Source: Candidatus Nanosyncoccus sp.
GTDB taxonomy: Bacteria > Patescibacteriota > Saccharimonadia > Saccharimonadales > Saccharimonadaceae
Assembly (NCBI GenBank): GCA_045597305.1
Contig: JAZLJF010000009.1
Coordinates: forward strand, 21,891-53,890
Direction of reading: 5' to 3'
Length of the DNA: 32,000 bases
Shown here piece by piece: positions 8,825 to 14,673 of the stretch; positions within the stretch are counted from its first letter, which is position 1, and every line of letters starts with the position of its first letter. The position numbers and the translations under genes are program-made. The notes under the pieces were generated by a model. The model was not told the origin of the DNA. It worked only from the letters and a program-made list of their open reading frames with translations, and made no database searches.

Positions 8825-9290
8825 TAAAACTATATTTTGGATACTTGCAGAACGACTAGAGAATCAAAAATATAAAAAGGTGAAGGACGATTTTGATTTG
8901 GTTCGAGAAAGAGGAAAAAGTAATTATGCTAACTCGAAGATTAAATATTTGTATAATTTCGATATTAATCAGGTACAGGTTGATATTGATATGAGCAAAA
9001 ATTTAATAATCAAAGGAAGAAAAAGATATACTAATGGATTGAGCTATAATATCTCGATACTCGTAATTCTAACGTTGGTAATTATAGCTAGCGTAGTATG
9101 TGTTATTTATCTGCCAGAATATAAACTTCTCGCATGGATTATCTTCTGCGCTTCTTTGATTTGTTCGATACATTTTTTCTTTAGTGTAATATCTATAGAG
9201 AAATATTTCTCGTATTTTTTCACAATGTATTATGAATTAGGAGAAAAAGAAGAACTTTTCAATGAAATGACGAGCGGAAAATTACCTTAG
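8817..9290 (+). CDS. hypothetical membrane protein with two predicted TM helices
   Basis: ATG at 8817 preceded by AAGGGG (ORF-track GTG start at 8784 likely too early). Hydrophobic stretches ISILVILTLVIIASVVCVIYL and LLAWIIFCASLICSIHFFFSVI. Confidence 0.72.
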   Translation: MNNKTIFWILAERLENQKYKKVKDDFDLVRERGKSNYANSKIKYLYNFDINQVQVDIDMSKNLIIKGRKRYTNGLSYNISILVILTLVIIASVVCVIYLPEYKLLAWIIFCASLICSIHFFFSVISIEKYFSYFFTMYYELGEKEELFNEMTSGKLP

Positions 9291-9310
9291 CCTTTGGAGA
9301 TAAGCTCATT

Positions 9311-9336
9311 GCCACCCGTTATCTGGGTGGCTTTTT
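9311..9336 (+). terminator. intrinsic terminator
   Basis: GCCACCC-gttatct-GGGTGGC-TTTTT. Confidence 0.9.
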
Positions 9337-9337
9337 C

Positions 9338-9366
9338 TTGCAAAATATTGGAAGACAGTGTATAAT
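9338..9366 (+). promoter_or_regulatory. sigma70-type promoter for rpsP (TTGCAA-N17-TATAAT)
   Basis: TTGCAA 9338-9343, 17-nt spacer, TATAAT 9361-9366. Confidence 0.8.
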
Positions 9367-9395
9367 ATAAAAGTTATTTAATTTTAAGGAGAAAA

Positions 9396-9770
9396 ATGCT
9401 AGCGATTCGTTTGCAGCGTAATGGCCGAGCACACTACCCTGTGTATCGGATAGTCGTCCAAGAAGCGCAGCGTCACCCTCTTTCGGGACGCATTGTGGCT
9501 GAGGCCGGTTCATATAATCCTCATACCAAGAAAATCGTTCTTGATAAAGAGGTGATTGAAAAATACTTAAAAAATGGTGCGCAGCCTAGCACCCGCGTTA
9601 TTCGCATCTTGAAGGCAGAAAAAATTGCTCTTCCAAAATGGGTGAAAGAAGCATCAAAGAAGACTTCTGTAGCTAAACATGCTGATAAGCTTCGCAAGAA
9701 TCAGCCAAAGGAAGAGGCTCCAGCTGACGCCCCAGCTGATACCGCTGAAGAAAAACCAGCTGAAGGATAA
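9396..9770 (+). CDS. rpsP: 30S ribosomal protein bS16 with Ala/Glu-rich C-terminal tail
   Basis: MLAIRLQRNGRAHYPVYRIVVQEAQRHPLSGRIVAEAGSYNP. Confidence 0.97.
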   Translation: MLAIRLQRNGRAHYPVYRIVVQEAQRHPLSGRIVAEAGSYNPHTKKIVLDKEVIEKYLKNGAQPSTRVIRILKAEKIALPKWVKEASKKTSVAKHADKLRKNQPKEEAPADAPADTAEEKPAEG

Positions 9771-9785
9771 TTAGCTGCTTTTACT

Positions 9786-9815
9786 AAAATACCCCTATAG
9801 AGTTGGGGTATTTTT
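9786..9815 (+). terminator. intrinsic terminator after rpsP
   Basis: AAAATACCCC-tatagagtt-GGGGTATTTTT. Confidence 0.88.
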
Positions 9816-9836
9816 GTTTTCAATATTTTTTGCTTG

Positions 9837-9845
9837 TGGTATAAT
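9837..9845 (+). promoter_or_regulatory. extended -10 promoter for khpA (TGGTATAAT)
   Basis: TGnTATAAT with only a weak -35 upstream (TTTTCA, 17-nt spacer). Confidence 0.55.
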
Positions 9846-9877
9846 TAAAGTACTTAACAATTAATTCGGAGAAAGAT

Positions 9878-10333
9878 ATGTCAACTATTGACCAGCAATT
9901 CGTTGAATACATAGTAAAAACACTTGTGAATAATCCTGATAAGGTGGAAGTCGAACGTACGATAGACGAAAAAGGAGTTTTGCTTCAGCTAACTGTTGAC
10001 CCAGAAGATGTCGGACGCGTAATTGGACGACGTGGAGCTACAGCTCAGTCACTTCGTACGTTGCTTCGCGCTCTTGGAACGAAGAATGATGCACATTATA
10101 ATCTTAAGATCACAAATGATGGCGCTGCCCCTCGTCGTGATGCTGACCCGAAGTCTGAGTCTAGCAAAAATGAAGAGCCGGTATCTTCTGATGCGTCAGA
10201 TAATGAATCATCTTCTTCTGATACTTCGTCCGATGAAGATACTTTTGGTGGTAATGATTTTGACGATAGTACTTCAGAACTCGCCGAAAAGACCCGTGCT
10301 GAATTGGCTGATATGGATGATTTGGATATCTAA
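9878..10333 (+). CDS. khpA: KH-domain RNA-binding protein (KhpA/YlqC family) with Ser/Asp/Glu-rich C-terminal tail
   Basis: VDPEDVGRVIGRRGATAQSLRTLLRALG (KH GxxG) and the usual position after rpsP. Confidence 0.88.
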   Translation: MSTIDQQFVEYIVKTLVNNPDKVEVERTIDEKGVLLQLTVDPEDVGRVIGRRGATAQSLRTLLRALGTKNDAHYNLKITNDGAAPRRDADPKSESSKNEEPVSSDASDNESSSSDTSSDEDTFGGNDFDDSTSELAEKTRAELADMDDLDI

Positions 10334-10340
10334 TCTACTA

Positions 10341-10369
10341 TTGACAATTTATTCCGTTTGTGCTATAAT
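10341..10369 (+). promoter_or_regulatory. perfect consensus sigma70 promoter (TTGACA-N17-TATAAT)
   Basis: TTGACA 10341-10346, 17-nt spacer, TATAAT 10364-10369. Confidence 0.85.
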
Positions 10370-10407
10370 TAGATAGTAGGTTTAAGAGAGCGAATCTCTT
10401 ATAGGCT

Positions 10408-10450
10408 AAGGACATTAAGAAGACTGTGGAAGTCTCTGATGTCCTTTTTT
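10408..10450 (+). terminator. terminator hairpin in the 5' UTR of the 10467 gene (attenuator, or 3' end of a short sRNA)
   Basis: AAGGACAT(10408-10415)-taagaAGACTgtggaAGTCTctg-ATGTCCTT(10439-10446) then T-run; SD GGAGGG follows at 10456. Confidence 0.75.
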
Positions 10451-10466
10451 GTTATGGAGGGATTAT

Positions 10467-10856
10467 ATGATGACAAGGGGAAAAAGGATTGAAGAAATTA
10501 TCGATGAAATGTATCTTGATTGCGAAGATGACGAAATAAGTAATGTCGATGCGCTCAGAATGATTGTGTATTTTCAGGATGATTGGGAGTACCGAATTAA
10601 CTTATTCGAGCCATTAAGGGCGAAAGCAATTTTAGACTCCAGAGTTGAAAAAAAGGTTTTCGTCTGCAAAGATGGACCTATTTCATGGCATGAAAAGAAT
10701 GAAAATGATAATGACTATTTTTTTACAGAGAGCGGTAGATTTGTCTTGTCGAATCAAGCGCGTGTATTAAAAAAAGTTGTGAACATTTTATCAGATGAAG
10801 CGGTATATATAGTGCTTACTTCAGATGGAAAAAAGACAATTACACTTCCACAGTAG
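10467..10856 (+). CDS. hypothetical acidic protein (129 aa)
   Basis: ATG at 10467 preceded by GGAGGG; ORF-track TTG start (10449) lies before the SD. Flanked by a consensus promoter and a terminator. No family recognised. Confidence 0.75.
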   Translation: MMTRGKRIEEIIDEMYLDCEDDEISNVDALRMIVYFQDDWEYRINLFEPLRAKAILDSRVEKKVFVCKDGPISWHEKNENDNDYFFTESGRFVLSNQARVLKKVVNILSDEAVYIVLTSDGKKTITLPQ

Positions 10857-10875
10857 ATCAATTTAATTTGATCAG

Positions 10876-10900
10876 GCACCCCTCGAGGGTGCCTTTTTTC
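10876..10900 (+). terminator. intrinsic terminator (plus strand)
   Basis: GGCACCC-ctcga-GGGTGCC-TTTTTT. Confidence 0.92.
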
Positions 10901-10915
10901 TGTGTTTCATAATCA

Positions 10916-10942
10916 AAAAACCACCGTCTCCCAAAGGTGGTT
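10916..10942 (-). terminator. intrinsic terminator of minus-strand small RNA
   Basis: On the minus strand: AACCACC-tttgggagac-GGTGGTT-TTTT. Confidence 0.75.
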
Positions 10943-11030
10943 ATTTGACAGATAAGCTCTCAACTTATGCGTGTAAGCTGACTCGCAGTTAGCTTATGTT
11001 CAACAAAATCTAGCAAATAATGTTTGAACT
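10916..11030 (-). ncRNA. candidate novel small RNA (about 115 nt)
   Basis: Bounded by a minus-strand promoter (TTGACA-N17-TAGAAT) and an intrinsic terminator; contains GTTCAA/TTGAAC, AAGCTaACT/AGTcAGCTT and ATAAG/CTTAT stems; no ORF of note; not recognisable to me as tmRNA, SRP RNA, 6S or RNase P RNA. Confidence 0.6.
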
Positions 11031-11036
11031 ATTTCT

Positions 11037-11065
11037 ATTCTAATAGTTTATAAAGCTTATGTCAA
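11037..11065 (-). promoter_or_regulatory. minus-strand sigma70-type promoter (TTGACA-N17-TAGAAT)
   Basis: Plus-strand TGTCAA at 11060-11065 and ATTCTA at 11037-11042 are the reverse complements of -35 and -10, spacer exactly 17 nt. Confidence 0.75.
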
Positions 11066-11114
11066 GATTAAAATTTCATAGTTTTCCACAATTATATAAA
11101 ATTGATTTAAAACC

Positions 11115-11143
11115 TTGAAAAAAATTGCAAAATAAGCTAAAAT
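11115..11143 (+). promoter_or_regulatory. rpoBC promoter (TTGAAA-N17-TAAAAT)
   Basis: TTGAAA 11115-11120, 17-nt spacer, TAAAAT 11138-11143; structured leader of about 115 nt before the GTG start. Confidence 0.7.
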
Positions 11144-11264
11144 GGATGACAAGAAGTAGTGTGTCAAGTTTTTTATGTACTCCTAGAAATGGCGACTCTA
11201 GAGTATAGGCTATGGCAGTAATCTTCGGCGCTAAAGATTATCAACACTAATAAAAGAGGTAAAT

Positions 11265-14200
11265 GTGAAAACTGCGAACAACAGTGGTTCCCGTGTATTC
11301 TTTACAGAGGGTGACCAGGCACTTCCTATCCCTGATTTGATCACACATCAGAAGGATTCATGGGAAGATTTTGTCAAATCCGGCCTTCGCGAGGTCTTCA
11401 ACGAGTTGAACCCGATTGACGACTATACAGGCCAAAAACTATCTTTAAGATTCAAGGATTATCGTTTCGATGCTCCAAAGGAATCAGAGCAAGATGCAAA
11501 ATATAATCTTGCAACTTATGAAGCTCCACTTCATGTATTAGTCGAGCTTGAAAATAAGGTGACAGGCGTTAAGAAAGAGCAAGATATTTTCTTCGGAAAT
11601 TATCCTTGGATGACAGATCGTGCAACTTTTGTAATTAATGGTACAGAACGTGTCATCGTCTCTCAGCTAATTCGCTCAGCAGGTGTATTTTTCACTGCAG
11701 ATGCTGTTGGCGGACGTAATTACTATGGTGCTAAGGTCATTCCTGGTCGTGGCGCTTGGCTTGAATTCGAAACATCGACATCTGGTGCGATTTATGTGAA
11801 GATCGACCGTCGTCGAAAAATTCCTGTTACAACTTTCTTGCGTGCACTCGGCATTTCAAAGAAAAATGAGATCAAGGAAGCATTTAAAGGTCTTGATGAA
11901 GGTGAAATCTCTTATATTGACGCAACATTGGAGAAAGATACTACATCTGGACGTAGTGAGGCTTTGATCGAAGTATATCGAAAACTTCGTCCTGGCGATT
12001 TAGCAACAGTCGAAAACGCAAAATCAATGATCGACCGAACATTCTTCGATTATAAGAGATATGACTATTCAAATGTTGGTCGTTTCAAGATCAATCAAAG
12101 ACTTGGTTTTGATACTCCAAATACTAGCCAGTATCGCACTCTTCAGATGAAGGATTTGATCGCTATCATCGCCGAGATCATTCGTTTGAATAATACTCAA
12201 GATGCGCCTGATGACATTGATTCACTTTCGAATCGTCGCATCAAGCTAGTCGGCGAGCTCGTACAACGACAATTCCGTCTTGGTATGCTTCGTTTACAGC
12301 GTAACATCCTTGACCGCATGTCGATGGCTAGCCCTGAAGATGTCACTCCTTCACAACTAATTAACGCTCGTCCAGTTACTGCAGCAGTAAAGGAATTCTT
12401 TACTTCTTCCCAGCTTTCGCAATTGATGGATGAAACGAATCCATTCTCCGAGCTTGCACACAAGCGCCGCTTAAGCTCTATGGGTCCTGGTGGTTTGACG
12501 CGTGAACGCGCCGGTTTCGACGTACGTGATACACATCCGACACATTATGGACGTATCTGTACAGTCGAGACGCCAGAAGGTGCGAACGTTGGTCTTGTTC
12601 TAAACCTCGCGACATATGCTCATATTAATGAATACGGTTTTATTGAAGCGCCATACCGTGTTGTTAAAGATGGAAAAGTTACAGACGAAGTAGTTTATGT
12701 TGATGCTGCGGAAGAACAGAACATGATTATTGCTGATACGTCAGCAAAGCTTGATAAGAATGGAAAATTCATCGATGCACGTGTGTCCGCTCGTGTTAAG
12801 GGTGCGCCAACCCAAGTTGAATCAAGTAAAGTAACACATATCGATGCAGCTCACAAAGAAATTCTAGGTGTATCAGCATCACTTATTCCATTCGTTGAGA
12901 AGAACCGTGTCGACCGTTCTCTTATGGCCTGCGCCATGCAGAAACAGGCAGTACCTCTTCTTCGTCAAGATAACCCTATTGTGGGTACTGGTATCGAGGC
13001 CGAGGTAGCAAAGAATACTTCACAGCTTATCGTTGCAGAAGCCGCAGGCGAAGTCACAAAAGCTGATGGTGAATCTGTTGTTGTTGAATACAAAGATGGA
13101 CCAAAAGAATATAAGCTAATCCACTTTGAAAAGACTAATGACGACCGTTGTTATAACCAGCGCGTAAAGGTAAGCCGTGGCCAGAAAGTTAAGAAAGGCG
13201 ATACGCTTATTGAAGGTGCATCTGTCAATGATAGCGAGCTTGCACTTGGTCGTGACCTCTTAGTCGCATTCATGCCATGGCGTGGTTACAACATGGATGA
13301 TGCTATCGTTATTTCAAGTCGCTTAGTCCAAGATGATACATTGACATCAATTAATATTAAGGATTACGATGTTGAAGTCCGTGAAACAAAACTCGGTCCA
13401 GAACAAGTCACTCGCGATATTCCTAATGTATCCGAGCATTCACTTCGTCACTTGGGCGACGATGGTATCGTAGTAGTAGGTTCTGAGGTTCAGAATGGTG
13501 ATATTCTTGTTGGTAAAATTACTCCTAAGGGAGAACAGGAATTGAGTTCTGAGGAACGCTTGCTTCGTGCCATCTTTGGTGAAAAAGCTAAAGATGTCAG
13601 AGATACTTCTGTACGCATGAATGGCTCATCGACTGGTAAGGTCGTCGGTGTTCGTGTGTATACTCGTGAACAAGGTCACGATCTTAAAGCCGGTGTATTG
13701 ATGCAGATCAAGATTTATGTTGCAGAAATGCGTAAAATTGGTGTCGGTGATAAGCTTTCAGGTCGTCATGGTAATAAAGGTGTCGTTTCTCGAGTTCTCC
13801 CTGTGGAAGATATGCCATTCATGGAAGATGGTACTCCAATCGATGTAATTCTATCACCGATGGGTGTTCCATCACGTATGAACCTAGGACAGCTTTTCGA
13901 AGTTCACTTAGGTATGGCAGCTAGAGCACTTGGATATAAGGTTGCTACGCCTTCATTTAATGGTGTTCCTGATGAAGTAATTAGTGACGAGCTAGAAAAA
14001 GCTGGTTTCAATCGCGATGGTCGTGTCCAGTTGTTCGATGGTCTCACTGGTGAGCCATTTGAAGAGCGTACTTCTGTCGGCGTGATGCACATGCTCAAGC
14101 TCCATCACATGGTTGATGATAAGATTCATGCACGTTCGACTGGTCCATACACAATGGTCACACAGCAGCCGCTTGGAGGTAAAGCTCAGAACGGTGGTCA

Positions 14201-14672
14201 GCGCTTTGGAGAAATGGAAGTTTGGGCACTCGAGGCTTACGGTGCAGCTACAATTCTTCAAGAGATGCTTACTATTAAGTCAGATGACGTTTACGGACGT
14301 GCGAAAGCATACGAGTCAATCATTAAGCGTTTGCCGATTGAAGGTCCAAAGCTTCCAGAAGGCTTCAACGTTCTTGTAAAAGAGCTTCAAGGCCTTGGCT
14401 TGAAAGTTGATTTGCTTGATCATGGTGAATCTACTGATGCGTCTGATGTCATCGAGAAAACATCTCGCGAAATTGAAAAGTCGCAAGATGACAGATTAAT
14501 ATATGAAGAACATAAGAAAGCGACCGAAAATGATCTCGACAATATATCAGATGATGATGTCATCGATGTCGCGGATGATGAAGGTATACTAATAACAGAT
14601 GAGGATGGTGAAGAAATCGTCGGCGAAGATGAGGAAGACGATAGTATTACTGACCTCGGAGAGGAGTTCTAA
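11265..14672 (+). CDS. rpoB: DNA-directed RNA polymerase subunit beta
   Basis: FTSSQLSQLMDETNPFSELAHKRRLSSMGPGGLTRERAGFDVRD, KIHARSTGPYTMVTQQPLGGKAQNGGQRFGEMEVWALEAYGAA; GTG start with AGAGG; long acidic C-terminal tail. Confidence 0.98.
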   Translation: MKTANNSGSRVFFTEGDQALPIPDLITHQKDSWEDFVKSGLREVFNELNPIDDYTGQKLSLRFKDYRFDAPKESEQDAKYNLATYEAPLHVLVELENKVTGVKKEQDIFFGNYPWMTDRATFVINGTERVIVSQLIRSAGVFFTADAVGGRNYYGAKVIPGRGAWLEFETSTSGAIYVKIDRRRKIPVTTFLRALGISKKNEIKEAFKGLDEGEISYIDATLEKDTTSGRSEALIEVYRKLRPGDLATVENAKSMIDRTFFDYKRYDYSNVGRFKINQRLGFDTPNTSQYRTLQMKDLIAIIAEIIRLNNTQDAPDDIDSLSNRRIKLVGELVQRQFRLGMLRLQRNILDRMSMASPEDVTPSQLINARPVTAAVKEFFTSSQLSQLMDETNPFSELAHKRRLSSMGPGGLTRERAGFDVRDTHPTHYGRICTVETPEGANVGLVLNLATYAHINEYGFIEAPYRVVKDGKVTDEVVYVDAAEEQNMIIADTSAKLDKNGKFIDARVSARVKGAPTQVESSKVTHIDAAHKEILGVSASLIPFVEKNRVDRSLMACAMQKQAVPLLRQDNPIVGTGIEAEVAKNTSQLIVAEAAGEVTKADGESVVVEYKDGPKEYKLIHFEKTNDDRCYNQRVKVSRGQKVKKGDTLIEGASVNDSELALGRDLLVAFMPWRGYNMDDAIVISSRLVQDDTLTSINIKDYDVEVRETKLGPEQVTRDIPNVSEHSLRHLGDDGIVVVGSEVQNGDILVGKITPKGEQELSSEERLLRAIFGEKAKDVRDTSVRMNGSSTGKVVGVRVYTREQGHDLKAGVLMQIKIYVAEMRKIGVGDKLSGRHGNKGVVSRVLPVEDMPFMEDGTPIDVILSPMGVPSRMNLGQLFEVHLGMAARALGYKVATPSFNGVPDEVISDELEKAGFNRDGRVQLFDGLTGEPFEERTSVGVMHMLKLHHMVDDKIHARSTGPYTMVTQQPLGGKAQNGGQRFGEMEVWALEAYGAATILQEMLTIKSDDVYGRAKAYESIIKRLPIEGPKLPEGFNVLVKELQGLGLKVDLLDHGESTDASDVIEKTSREIEKSQDDRLIYEEHKKATENDLDNISDDDVIDVADDEGILITDEDGEEIVGEDEEDDSITDLGEEF

Positions 14673-14673
14673 T

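Noticed and set aside
10023-10376. 117-aa plus-strand ORF overlapping khpA
   Set aside because: It is the alternate frame of the KH-domain gene and its Asp/Ser-rich tail; no SD, implausible composition (MILTIVLQNSPKRPVLNWLIWMIWISNLLLTIYS).
10916-11030. Interpreting the minus-strand RNA as tmRNA, SRP/4.5S RNA, 6S RNA, RNase P RNA or a tracrRNA
   Set aside because: Too short for tmRNA or RNase P RNA; no SRP apical-loop signature, no long closed 6S-like helix, and no cas genes or repeats to pair with a tracrRNA in the window.
11082-11090. TTTTCCACA, one mismatch from a DnaA box, near rpoB
   Set aside because: Single isolated near-match in AT-rich DNA, with no cluster, AT-rich unwinding element or dnaA/dnaN neighbourhood; insufficient for an origin.
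12401-12500. Rifampicin-resistance signature in the RpoB cluster I region
   Set aside because: The main determinants (equivalents of E. coli D516, H526, S531) appear wild type. Neighbouring substitutions (F514L, L533M equivalents) alone do not support a resistance call.
14113-14379. 88-aa and 92-99-aa plus-strand ORFs within rpoB/rpoC (also 16865-17164, 17180-17395, 17429-17677)
   Set aside because: Out-of-frame ORFs in highly conserved coding sequence without translation signals.
14599-14673. Upstream-extended RpoC start in the ORF track
   Set aside because: The extension overlaps the rpoB acidic tail out of frame. ATG 14674 has GAGGAG at proper spacing and MPWDDNF matches a true start.
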